Assembly (NCBI GenBank): GCA_041617635.1
Contig: JBFJOO010000001.1
Span: forward strand, 11,819 to 75,818
DNA: 64,000 bases
From: Burkholderiales bacterium
GTDB taxonomy: Bacteria > Pseudomonadota > Gammaproteobacteria > Burkholderiales > SG8-39
Direction: 5' to 3'
A program made the position numbers and the translations under genes. Positions within the stretch are counted from its first letter, which is position 1, and each line of letters opens with the position of its first letter. The notes beneath the pieces were generated by a model. It worked only from the letters and a program-made list of their open reading frames with translations, was not told where the DNA came from and ran no database searches. Positions 54,511-63,780 of this stretch are shown here, piece after piece.

Positions 54511-55662
54511 TCAGATCTCCTCGAGCGCCGCCGGCTCGATCGGCAGCTTCACCGGGACACCGCGCTTGGCGGACAGGTCCATCGCCATCGTGAGCACGAG
54601 GTTGCGATGCCCCTCCTCGGCGGTCGCGTGTGGCGTGCTCTGGCCCGTGTGCACGCGCGCGAACCACGAATTGGTCTCTTCGCGCATCGGACCCCAGAGC
54701 TGACCGTCGTAGAGATCGCCGGGCGGATAGCTGGTGAGGAAGTCGACGTGGCGATCGAAGCCGGGCTTGAATCCGTCCGGACTGTAGCCGGCGCCCTGCG
54801 GCTGCTCGGAGGCAAGCACCAGGTCGCGATGCGTGTCCTCCACGTCGATCACGCCCTTCGTGCCGACGATCCCGATCTCCAATCCGTACACGGCGCCCGG
54901 CCACACCACCGGGAGCGCCCAGCTGATGTTCATGCTCCAGATCGCGCCGTTCGACAGCGTGAACACGCCGAACGTGGCGTCCTTGGTGCCCCATTCCGCG
55001 AGGGTCTTGTCCGAGGACTGCGCGTAGACCGACACCGGCTCGTAGCCCTCCATCAGCCACAGGCTCATGTCGAGGCTGTGGGTGCCGGAGACCACCATCG
55101 GCGTTAGGTGGCGGCGCTCGTCGGTACGCCGGCAGGTCGCGATCGGCACCATGCGATTCATGAAGGCGCGCGTCACCGCCGCGGTCAGGTCCCCGATCTG
55201 GCCGGTCCGGATGCGCTCCTTGATGGCGAGAAAGCGCCGGCGGAAGCGCTGCGTGTAGCCGATCACCGCGTCGACCCCGCTCGCGCGGATCGCTTGCAGC
55301 ACCCGCCACGATTCCTCGGCATCGGTCGCGAGCGGTTTCTCGATGAAGAGATCGTGCTTGCGCTCGACGGCGGCTAGCGTCGGGCCGACGTGCGCGTTCT
55401 CGTCGGTCGCAATGATCGTGGCGTTCACCTCGGGCCGGGCAAGGAGCTCGCGATAGTCGGTCGTAAAGAAATCGGCTCCGGTGTCCTCGGCGAGCTTCCG
55501 GCCGAGGCGCTCGTTGGTGTCGCACAGGCCGATCCACCCGACGCCGGGGTAGTCGCGCGCCAGCACGCTGCGGATGCGCCCGATGGTCCCGCAGCCGACG
55601 ACCGCGAGGCCGATTTCCTTTCTTTGCCTGCCCCTTGGAGTAGTACCAGTGTGCGTAGTCAT
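54511..55662 (-). CDS. Gfo/Idh/MocA family oxidoreductase
   Basis: LAVVGCGTIG Rossmann motif and the EKP motif (LFIEKPL). 383 aa. Confidence 0.85.
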   Translation of the reverse strand: MTTHTGTTPRGRQRKEIGLAVVGCGTIGRIRSVLARDYPGVGWIGLCDTNERLGRKLAEDTGADFFTTDYRELLARPEVNATIIATDENAHVGPTLAAVERKHDLFIEKPLATDAEESWRVLQAIRASGVDAVIGYTQRFRRRFLAIKERIRTGQIGDLTAAVTRAFMNRMVPIATCRRTDERRHLTPMVVSGTHSLDMSLWLMEGYEPVSVYAQSSDKTLAEWGTKDATFGVFTLSNGAIWSMNISWALPVVWPGAVYGLEIGIVGTKGVIDVEDTHRDLVLASEQPQGAGYSPDGFKPGFDRHVDFLTSYPPGDLYDGQLWGPMREETNSWFARVHTGQSTPHATAEEGHRNLVLTMAMDLSAKRGVPVKLPIEPAALEEI

Positions 55663-55665
55663 CAG

Positions 55666-57135
55666 TCAGCTCCGTCGACGGAAAATGCCGTCATAGAAAG
55701 TATAAAGAACGATGACGAGGAGCAGCACGCCGATCGGGTGCTCGAGCGCGACCGTCCACCAGGACTCGCCCTTCAGAACGACCAGCGTGCGGCGGAAATT
55801 CTCGTCCGCGAGCGGACCGAGGATCACGGCGAGCACCATCGGCGCGAGCGGGAAGCCGTAGCGCCGCAGCACATACCCGACCACCCCGGCCGCGAGCATC
55901 ACGTAGACATCGAAGTAGCTCAGGCTGACAGCGTATGCGCCGAGCATGCAGATCGGCAGGATCATCGGCATCAGGAGCGCCTGCGGCAGGCTGAATAGCC
56001 GCACGCACGGCTTCACGAGCACGATCGCCATGCCATACATCAGAAAGTTCGCGATGACGAGCGCGAAGTAGATGAAGTAGATGAGCCCCGGATGCTCGAT
56101 CTGCAGCGTCGGACCCACCACCACGTTCTTCAGCTCCAGCGCGGCCAGAAACGCCGCCGCCGCGGCGCTGCCGGGGATGCCGAGCGTGAGCGTCGGCAGC
56201 ATCGAGCCGCCGATGTTCGCGTTGTTCGCCACCTCCGAGCAGACGATCGCCTCGTAGCTGCCCTTGCCCCATTTCGCGCGCTCTTCGGGCGGGGCGCGGC
56301 GCCGTCCGACGTCGTAGGCGAGAAACGAGGCCACGTTCGCCCCCGCGCCCGGGATGGCGCCGACGACGGTGCCGATGAGCCCGGAGCGCACTGCAGCGCG
56401 CGAGTGCTTCCACAACATGCGAAGCGGCGGGACGACGCGGCCCACTTCCGCGGGAATGCCCGCCGGGCGCTTCTTCGGCAGCACTCTCAGGATCTCGGTG
56501 AGGCCGAAGAGTCCGATCAGCACCGGTACGTAGCTGATGCCGTCGTCGAGCCGGTCGAACCCGAACGTGAAACGGGGGGCGCCGTGGATGGCGTCCAGCC
56601 CGACGAACGAGATCACGAGACCGATCCAGCCGGAGATCCAGCCCTTGACCGGCCGCTTGCCCGCGGACATCGTCCCGGAGATCGCGATGCCCCACATGGC
56701 GAGCAGGAACATCTCCAGTGACTGGAACGAGAGCGCGAGCTTGAGCAGCAGCGGGATGAACGCGATCAGCAGCAGTATGCCGACCCAGTTGCCGAGAAAC
56801 GAACTCGCGATGGCGGTGCCCAGTGCGAGGCCGCCCTCGCCGCGCTTGGCAAGCGGGTAGCCCTCGATCATTGTCGGCACTGCGTCCGGGGTGCCGGGAA
56901 TGTTGATGAGCACCGCCGAGATCGCGCCGCCGAACACGCTGCCGGTGAAGACGCCGAGGATGAACATGATGGCGACCTCCTGGCTCATCCCGGTGGAGAG
57001 TCCAATGAGCAGCGCCATCGCCATCGTGGTCGAGAGGCCCGGCATCGCGCCCCACAGGATGCCGAGGGTCGTGCCGGCGAGGCAGACGACGATCAGGTAG
57101 GGCGTGAGCGCCGCTGCGAGCTGCTCCAGGATCAT
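55666..57135 (-). CDS. tctA: tripartite tricarboxylate transporter (TTT) large permease TctA family
   Basis: About 12 TM helices. Family motifs GAMPGLSTTMAMALL and GIPGSAAAAAFL. Start at MILEQL (57135). Confidence 0.88.
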   Translation of the reverse strand: MILEQLAAALTPYLIVVCLAGTTLGILWGAMPGLSTTMAMALLIGLSTGMSQEVAIMFILGVFTGSVFGGAISAVLINIPGTPDAVPTMIEGYPLAKRGEGGLALGTAIASSFLGNWVGILLLIAFIPLLLKLALSFQSLEMFLLAMWGIAISGTMSAGKRPVKGWISGWIGLVISFVGLDAIHGAPRFTFGFDRLDDGISYVPVLIGLFGLTEILRVLPKKRPAGIPAEVGRVVPPLRMLWKHSRAAVRSGLIGTVVGAIPGAGANVASFLAYDVGRRRAPPEERAKWGKGSYEAIVCSEVANNANIGGSMLPTLTLGIPGSAAAAAFLAALELKNVVVGPTLQIEHPGLIYFIYFALVIANFLMYGMAIVLVKPCVRLFSLPQALLMPMILPICMLGAYAVSLSYFDVYVMLAAGVVGYVLRRYGFPLAPMVLAVILGPLADENFRRTLVVLKGESWWTVALEHPIGVLLLVIVLYTFYDGIFRRRS

Positions 57136-57137
57136 GG

Positions 57138-57740
57138 TCAACCGGAACCCGGCAGCGGAATGTTGAATCCGTAGCGAAACGCCGCGGCGAACACGAGAAC
57201 GGTGACGCCGGCGGAGAACATGCAACGCAGCGCCGACGCGCGCCAGAAGATGCGCAGGATCATGGCGAGCACCGGGATGGAGATCGCCTCGAATGCGCCG
57301 ATCTCGAACCGCACGCCGCCCATGCGAAAGCTGAACTCGAATGTCAGCACGTCGATGAGAATCACCATCACGACGAGCAGTCCGAGGAGCGCCCAGGCGC
57401 GCCCGGCGTGAGCGTCGCTCTGGGCGGCGGGGTCGGAGAGGAAGGCGCTACGCAGGTTCCTACCGCCACCTTCACGCAAAGCGCCAAGAGCAAGCCCGAT
57501 CGCCATGGCGAGAAGGGTCGCCCCGGTGACGAACGGAAGCAGGCCCGGTGCGGTCAGGGCGCGCCCGGGATTCGGCTGCTGCGCCGCGAGGAGCATGACC
57601 GCGACCGCGAAAGCGCCGACGACCACGGCGGCAAGCACGTCCTTCTGCGGCGTGGAGGTATCCTCTTCCTCGCCGTGAAACCCGTGCTCGAGATTCTCCC
57701 GCTCGCGCGCGATGCGCGCTTCGTCCTGGTCGGGACTCAA
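57138..57740 (-). CDS. tctB: TTT small permease TctB family, with acidic N-terminal extension
   Basis: 4-TM small membrane protein directly upstream of tctA. About 35 aa of acidic N-terminus. Confidence 0.75.
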   Translation of the reverse strand: MSPDQDEARIARERENLEHGFHGEEEDTSTPQKDVLAAVVVGAFAVAVMLLAAQQPNPGRALTAPGLLPFVTGATLLAMAIGLALGALREGGGRNLRSAFLSDPAAQSDAHAGRAWALLGLLVVMVILIDVLTFEFSFRMGGVRFEIGAFEAISIPVLAMILRIFWRASALRCMFSAGVTVLVFAAAFRYGFNIPLPGSG

Positions 57741-57858
57741 CTCGCCTGCCTCCTCCGTTTGCCGATTGCGCGATCCGCGCTGCCGCGCGCCCGGGCGACA
57801 GGACGCCAGCGTCCCGTCGCCGGACGCGTCGCTCCGGCGCGCTTGCCGCCGACGCTGC

Positions 57859-59046
57859 TCAGGCCATGCGCGGCTTGTAGCCTTTCGGCGGCCACCACTT
57901 GTCGAATTCGGCCGGCGTGGGCAGGCCGAGTTCCGCGGCGGTCTTGGGGGCCTTGCCGAGCTGATCCTTCACTTCCGCGAAGGTGGCGGCCGTCAGGACT
58001 TCTTGCAGCGCAGCCTGGCGGTCGGCCGCCTCGCCACTGCGGATGTCGATGTCGAAGTAGCGCTTCTTCGCGACATCCTGGAAGCCGGGCGATTTCACCG
58101 CGGCCACGAAGACCTTCTCCACCTCCTTCAGGATCTCGAGCGGCGTGTCGCGGCGCAGCGCGATGTTGTAGTTGCCGCCCACCGGCAGCAGCGGCTTCAA
58201 CTGCGGCAGGAAATTGCCGATCGACGGCAGAACGCCCGCGCCTTCGATATTGATGTCATTGGTGCCCGTTTGCTGCAGGCAGCGCAGCGTGCCGGCGCGG
58301 ATGAACTCGACGTGCTCGTGCACGCCGCCCCCGGCAATGTCCGTCTCGCCCTGCAGTCCGGCGAGCGTCGCCGGCTTGCCGCCCTTGTAGGGCACGTACC
58401 GGATGTTGATCCCCGCCGCTTGCGCGACGATCGCCGCGAGCTCGTGCCAGATGCCGCCCGTGCCGGAGGTCGAGATGGTCAGCTTGCCCGGGTTCTTCTT
58501 GGCGTACGCCACCAGCTCCTCGAACGACTTGAACGGCGAGTCGGTCTTCACCGACCAGCTGGCGAGCGAATTCGCCGCCTGGTAGTACTGCCAGTCCATC
58601 CACGCGAGCGAGTCGGAGCCGCCCATGACGCGCACGAACTTGTTGTAGTTCGCCGCCCCGAGCCACCAGTAGCCGTCCGACGGCTTGCCGAGCACGAAGC
58701 TCGTCGCAACGGCGCCAACGGCCCCCGGCTTGTTGATGACGTTGACCTCCCATCCAACGGACTTGGCCATCTCGCCGGCGAGCGAGCGCAGCACCACGTC
58801 GGTGCCGCCGCCCGCGGCATACATCACCACCGCCGTGATCGCGCGGTCCGGCCACTTTGCGGCGCGCGCCCAGCGCGGCGCGATCACGAGCGGCATTGCC
58901 GCGGCGGCGCCGAGGGCACCGGCCCCCGAAAGGAAACCGCGGCGGCCGGAATCGACCCCGCCGGGTGCGGATCGGGGTTGCGCATCAGATCGATCGTCTC
59001 CCGCAGCGGAGCCGGTCCCGGGAATAGTCGTGTCTTCCGGTTTCAT
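57859..59046 (-). CDS. tctC: Bug/TctC family periplasmic solute receptor with Tat-type signal
   Basis: GGAGGAG RBS before ATG 59046. SGRRGFLSGAG...RWARA|A signal preceded by a long n-region. Bug-family core (AGGGTDV, KPGA.G). Confidence 0.82.
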   Translation of the reverse strand: MKPEDTTIPGTGSAAGDDRSDAQPRSAPGGVDSGRRGFLSGAGALGAAAAMPLVIAPRWARAAKWPDRAITAVVMYAAGGGTDVVLRSLAGEMAKSVGWEVNVINKPGAVGAVATSFVLGKPSDGYWWLGAANYNKFVRVMGGSDSLAWMDWQYYQAANSLASWSVKTDSPFKSFEELVAYAKKNPGKLTISTSGTGGIWHELAAIVAQAAGINIRYVPYKGGKPATLAGLQGETDIAGGGVHEHVEFIRAGTLRCLQQTGTNDINIEGAGVLPSIGNFLPQLKPLLPVGGNYNIALRRDTPLEILKEVEKVFVAAVKSPGFQDVAKKRYFDIDIRSGEAADRQAALQEVLTAATFAEVKDQLGKAPKTAAELGLPTPAEFDKWWPPKGYKPRMA

Positions 59047-59156
59047 AGGGGTCTCCTCCTCGTGGTGATCGGTGCGCGGTGGCCTTGCGACCCGGCGCAT
59101 TGATCGAAACGCTACAGCGATCCTGCTATGAATGAAAATTCGTGGCCATGGTGGAA

Positions 59157-60113
59157 CTATTCCAGTTCTGCATGCGCGCTTTCGAGCGACGCGGTCCGCG
59201 CGGCGGCGGGCGCGGTCGGCTGCGTCGCGGCGGCGAGCTTGCCGACGTCCTCCCGCAACCAGTCCACGAACACCTGCGACAGCAGCGAGCGGCGCTGGCC
59301 GGATGGAAACAGCAGCCCGTACTCCAGCCGCAGCGCGGGCTTGAACGGTCGAGCCACGATCTGCGAGCCGAATGTCGCGGCGATGAACGGGTGAACCACC
59401 GAGACGCCCAGGCCGCGGCCCACGAGCGCGCAGGCCATCATCGACGACTGAGCCTCGATCGAGAGCTTGCGCTTGACCCCCGCGCGCCCGAACATCTCAT
59501 CGGTGCGGAAGCGGAGCATCGTCCGCGGGTCGATGGAGATGAACGGCACACCCGCGAGGTCCTCGACGGCGATCTCGGACTGACCCGCCAGGACGTCGCC
59601 CGCGGGCACCACGCACACCGCATCGATTGCACACAGCGGCTCGATATCGATCGCTTCCTGGCCGACGGGCAACGTCGCGAGACCGAGGTCATAGCGACCC
59701 TTGGACAGACCCTCTTCGAGCTCGGTCCGCCCCCCGACTTCGACCGAGATCTTCACCTTCGAGTAGCGCCGCGTGACGCGCCGGATCGTCTCGGGCAGCA
59801 GCCCGTAGGCGAGCGCCGGCATCGAGATGATGCGCAAAGCCCCCGATCGGAGCGTGCGAACATCGTGGGCCGTCGCGCTCAGCTGGTCGACGCCGTCCAG
59901 GACCCGCTGCGCGACATCGAAGACGTGCTGCCCTTCGGGGGTGAGCAGCAGGCGGCCGTGCCGGCGCTCGAAAAGGCTCACGCCGAGCTCCGCCTCGAGC
60001 TGCATGATGAGGCGGCTGACCGCCGATTGCGTCAGGCCGAGCATTTCGGCGGCATGGGTCGTCGTGCCGCGCGCCACGACGGCGCGCATGGCCTCGAGCT
60101 GCCGGAGCTTCAT
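59157..60113 (-). CDS. LysR family transcriptional regulator
   Basis: MKLRQLEAMRAVVARGTTTHAAEMLGLTQSAVSRLIMQLE wHTH and a LysR substrate-binding domain. Confidence 0.9.
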   Translation of the reverse strand: MKLRQLEAMRAVVARGTTTHAAEMLGLTQSAVSRLIMQLEAELGVSLFERRHGRLLLTPEGQHVFDVAQRVLDGVDQLSATAHDVRTLRSGALRIISMPALAYGLLPETIRRVTRRYSKVKISVEVGGRTELEEGLSKGRYDLGLATLPVGQEAIDIEPLCAIDAVCVVPAGDVLAGQSEIAVEDLAGVPFISIDPRTMLRFRTDEMFGRAGVKRKLSIEAQSSMMACALVGRGLGVSVVHPFIAATFGSQIVARPFKPALRLEYGLLFPSGQRRSLLSQVFVDWLREDVGKLAAATQPTAPAAARTASLESAHAELE

Positions 60114-60378
60114 AGCACCAGCCTCCTCCCCCTCGGTCCGACGCCCGATCTGGCAGGCGCGGCTAAGTTATGAATTAATAGCATAGACATAGCCAGGTCG
60201 CGAATTTTCTTTCATGGTCTGTCTGGGGGTATAACTCGGTCCGGCGCCGCGGGCGCGCGGACCGGCCGTCGCTGGAAAGATGGCAGTATTCGCCACGGTT
60301 CACGGAAAAAAGCGCTGCCAAATGCGCGGCCAGGGAACGCGCCTGGCGAGCGCGAGCCGAGGAGGAGGAAGGAGACCC

Positions 60379-60900
60379 ATGCGCAGAGCGCACCCACCGA
60401 CCCCCGCGGCGAGCGGCGCGAAGTGGACCAGGTGGAATTTCAATCATGGCGCCGCGCTCGCGATCGCGGCCGTGGCCGTGGCGCTGCTCGTGTCGGTACC
60501 CTACCAGGTTGCCAAGCCCGAGACGCTCTTCGGGCGTGCGCTCTCCGCACTCGATCCGACCCTCTACCCGCGCCTCGTCTTCGGCGCGCTGCTCGCCATC
60601 GCGATCGGGTATTTCCTCATCAGCGGGCGGTTGCGCGAACGGAACCTGTTCCGGGAGATCGACGCGCGCGCCTGGTTCAACGTCGGCGTGACGATCGTCT
60701 GCGTGGTCGCGTACGCCTTCGCGCTACCGGCCGTCGGCTTCGTCGTGTCGGGAATCGTGCTGACGCTCGTGCTCACCATTTTCTACGGCAACCGCAATCA
60801 CTACCTGACCGTTGCGGTCAGCGTGCTCGCGCCGCTCGCAATCTACTACGGCGCCACGCGGCTCCTGCTCGTTTCGCTGCCGGAGTTTCCGTTTTTCTGA
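60379..60900 (+). CDS. tctB: TTT small permease TctB family
   Basis: GGAGGAGGAAGGAG RBS before ATG 60379. 4-TM protein upstream of tctA. Confidence 0.75.
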   Translation: MRRAHPPTPAASGAKWTRWNFNHGAALAIAAVAVALLVSVPYQVAKPETLFGRALSALDPTLYPRLVFGALLAIAIGYFLISGRLRERNLFREIDARAWFNVGVTIVCVVAYAFALPAVGFVVSGIVLTLVLTIFYGNRNHYLTVAVSVLAPLAIYYGATRLLLVSLPEFPFF

Positions 60901-60956
60901 GGCCCATGCGGGGCACGACCACCGGCACCGCGTGATCGCGAAGGAGGTTTTCGCTC

Positions 60957-62471
60957 GTGTGGGACCTGTTCGTCAGTGGCGCGCCGCTCGCGTTCCGGCT
61001 GGACACGCTGTTGATGATGTCGATCGGCGTGCTGCTCGGCATCCTGGTCGGCGCGCTGCCGGGGTTCACGACGACCATGGCCCTCGCGATCCTGCTGCCG
61101 CTCTCGTTCTTCGTCGACCCGCTGGTGGGCATCCCGTTCCTGCTCGCCGTCACCAAGGGCGGCATCTACGGCGGCAGCATCCCCGCGATCCTTGTGTCGA
61201 TTCCCGGCACGGGCGCGTCGATGGCCACCACCTTCGACGGGCCGGCGCTGACGAAGAAGGGCCAGTCGCGCAAGGCGATGGAGATGGCGCTCTTCGCCTC
61301 CGCTTTCGGCGACACCGCAAGCAGCATCCTGACCCTGTTCCTGATCGGCCCGATCGCGCTCATCGCGGTCAAGTTCGGTCCGCCGGAGCTGGGCGCGATC
61401 ATCCTGCTCAGCCTGGTCGTGATCACGGCGAGCGCGAGCGGCGTGTTCATCAAAGGCCTGGTCATGCTCGTGCTCGGGCTGTTCTTCGGGCTGGTCGGCC
61501 AGGATCCGCTCGGCGGCGTCGCCCGCTTCACGTTCGACTTCTTCCCGCTACGGTCGGGGATCCCGCTCCTGCCGATGCTGATCGGGGTGTTCGCGCTCCC
61601 CGAAGTATTCGAGGCCCTGGAGCGAAAAGGCGCGTCGCTGATCACCAAGGCGGCGGGACGCGAGGGCGCGCGGCTGACGTTCGCCGAGTTCAAGCGCTGC
61701 TTTCGCACGATCCTGCGCTCGACGGGGATCGGCGCGGCGATCGGCGCGATTCCGGGCATGGGCCAGGTGATCGCGGCCATGGTCGGCTACAGCGCCGCGA
61801 AGAACGCGTCGAAACATCCCGAGACGTTCGGCCAGGGCGAGATCGAAGGCATCGCCGCGCCGGAGGCCGCCAACAACGCAGTCAACGCGCCCACGCTCGT
61901 GCCGCTGCTCACCCTCGGCATCCCGGGCGACAACCTGACGGCGATCCTGCTCGGCGCATTCGTGGCAAACGGGCTACGCCCCGGGCCGCAGCTCTTCGAG
62001 GAGCAAGGCCCGCTCGTGTTCGGGATCCTGGTCGCGATGGTGATCGCCAACCTGCTGTTTCTCGTCATCGGCTATCTGACGATCCCCTTCTTCGCCAAGA
62101 TCGTGACGATTCGCAAGTCCCTCCTCCTGCCGCTCACCGTCCTCTTCGCGCTCACCGGAGCGTACGCGTTCGAGTCGAACGAGTTCGATCTCTTCATCCT
62201 CGTGTTCTTCGGCATCCTCGGGTACGTGGCGAAGAAGCTGCGCTTCGATGTCTCGCCGATGGTGATGGGCTTCATTCTCGGACCGGTGTTCGAGTACGCG
62301 CTGGGGCAGACGCTGAGCATGTCGCAGGGCGCGTTCGTGCATTTCATTTTCATCGAACGTCCGATCACCGCGGTGGTGCTCGTGGCGACCCCGGTCGTCA
62401 CCTACCTGCTGTGGCGGCGCGCGGCCAGGCTGCGGCGCGAGCAGGCCGCCCGGAGCGATGCGGGCGATTGA
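60957..62471 (+). CDS. tctA: TTT large permease TctA family
   Basis: GALPGFTTTMALAILLP and GIPGDNLTAILLGAF motifs; about 12 TM helices; GTG start. Confidence 0.88.
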   Translation: MWDLFVSGAPLAFRLDTLLMMSIGVLLGILVGALPGFTTTMALAILLPLSFFVDPLVGIPFLLAVTKGGIYGGSIPAILVSIPGTGASMATTFDGPALTKKGQSRKAMEMALFASAFGDTASSILTLFLIGPIALIAVKFGPPELGAIILLSLVVITASASGVFIKGLVMLVLGLFFGLVGQDPLGGVARFTFDFFPLRSGIPLLPMLIGVFALPEVFEALERKGASLITKAAGREGARLTFAEFKRCFRTILRSTGIGAAIGAIPGMGQVIAAMVGYSAAKNASKHPETFGQGEIEGIAAPEAANNAVNAPTLVPLLTLGIPGDNLTAILLGAFVANGLRPGPQLFEEQGPLVFGILVAMVIANLLFLVIGYLTIPFFAKIVTIRKSLLLPLTVLFALTGAYAFESNEFDLFILVFFGILGYVAKKLRFDVSPMVMGFILGPVFEYALGQTLSMSQGAFVHFIFIERPITAVVLVATPVVTYLLWRRAARLRREQAARSDAGD

Positions 62472-62567
62472 GTGGACCGGGAGCGCAGACCCGCGCGCGT
62501 TCCGAAGCGCCTACACTAGAACCTATCTCGAAACTGCCGCCATGCTTCTTCGTGCAAGATCAAGCGT

Positions 62568-62650
62568 ACGAACAAGGGGGGAGTCCCCCTTGTATATCCC
62601 CGAACAAACAAGGGGCAAGCCCCTTGTATATCCCCTCCTTTGCGAGGGCA
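62568..62650 (+). repeat. REP-like element family B, copy 2
   Basis: Near-identical to 49669-49750: ACAAGGGGGGAgTCCCCCTTGtATATCCCC + gaacaaACAAGGGGCAAGCCCCTTGTatATCCCC. Lies between tctA and tctC. Confidence 0.85.
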
Positions 62651-62777
62651 GGCGTATTTTGAGATCGCTTCTATGCGAAACCGGCATGGCGGTACCCGCG
62701 GCGTGAATTGGTCCAGGTTCGCGGGAAGCACTACCATCGAATTCGGTCAGCCTGACCGGCCCACGAAGGAGGAGACG

Positions 62778-63740
62778 ATGAAAGCCTGCTCGATCAAGAA
62801 GCTCGCGCTCGGGCTCGCACTGACGCTGTGCGTCGGTGCGGCACCGGCACTTGCCGACAACTATCCCGAGAAGCCGATCACGCTGATCATCCCGCTCGGC
62901 GCGGGCGGCTCGCACGATCTGAACGCGCGGGTCTTCACCAGCGTCATTCCGACCTACCTCGGGCAGCCGATCGTCGTGAAGCTCATGCCCGGCGCCGGTG
63001 GGCAGATCGGCACGGCCGCCGCCGCGAAGGCGGAGCCCGACGGCTATACGCTGATCTTCACCCACAACTACATCGACCAGCTCCAGCAGTTCGTGCAGAA
63101 GCTGCCCTATGATCCGACCAAGGATCTCGTGTCCATCGCGCAGATCAACTACGCGCCGGGGGCGATCGTGGTGCGGGCCGACAAGCCCTGGAAGACCCTC
63201 AAGGAAATGCTCGATTACGGTCGCCAGAATCCGGGCAAGCTGAAGTTCGCGCACAGCGGCAACTGGGGCGCGGCGATGGTTCCCGGGGCACAGCTTCTGG
63301 CCGAGGCGGGTGTGGATGCGACCTTCATCGCGCACAAGGGCGGCGGACCGGCCATGCAAGCCGTGCTCGCGGGCGACGGGGACTTCACCATCGCCTTCCC
63401 GTCGGTGGTCGAAGCGCAGGGCGACAAGGTCCGGGCGCTCGCGATCGCGGGCGAGAAGAGCGTGCTCAAGGGCGTGCCCACATTCAAGGAGCTCGGCTTC
63501 AAGGTCGAGGGCGGAATGGGCGAGATGTCGCGCGTCGTCCTGGCGCCGCGCGGCATTCCGGACGACCGGAGAAAGAAGCTGGAAGAAGCCTTCGCCAAGC
63601 TGAATGACGACAAGACCTATCAGAATCTCATGAAGCGGATCGAGGAAAACACCGAGTACATGAGCGGCGCCGAGTACGAGAAGGTGCGCGCGCAACAGAA
63701 AGCGGAGTACCAGAAGCTCGTCGAGAAGCTCAAGAAGTGA
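62778..63740 (+). CDS. tctC: Bug/TctC family periplasmic solute receptor
   Basis: AAGGAGGAG RBS. Sec signal ...CVGAAPALA|D. YPEKPITLIIPLGAGGSHD is the typical mature N-terminus of Bug proteins. Confidence 0.88.
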   Translation: MKACSIKKLALGLALTLCVGAAPALADNYPEKPITLIIPLGAGGSHDLNARVFTSVIPTYLGQPIVVKLMPGAGGQIGTAAAAKAEPDGYTLIFTHNYIDQLQQFVQKLPYDPTKDLVSIAQINYAPGAIVVRADKPWKTLKEMLDYGRQNPGKLKFAHSGNWGAAMVPGAQLLAEAGVDATFIAHKGGGPAMQAVLAGDGDFTIAFPSVVEAQGDKVRALAIAGEKSVLKGVPTFKELGFKVEGGMGEMSRVVLAPRGIPDDRRKKLEEAFAKLNDDKTYQNLMKRIEENTEYMSGAEYEKVRAQQKAEYQKLVEKLKK

Positions 63741-63780
63741 CGGGTTCATACTGGGCGAGCGGGCCGAAGAGCGCGGCGGC

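Noticed and set aside
54509-55537. Upstream extension of the HIBADH frame (643-aa ORF 53606-55537)
   Set aside because: It overlaps the Gfo/Idh/MocA gene out of frame. The Rossmann motif begins right after ATG 54508.
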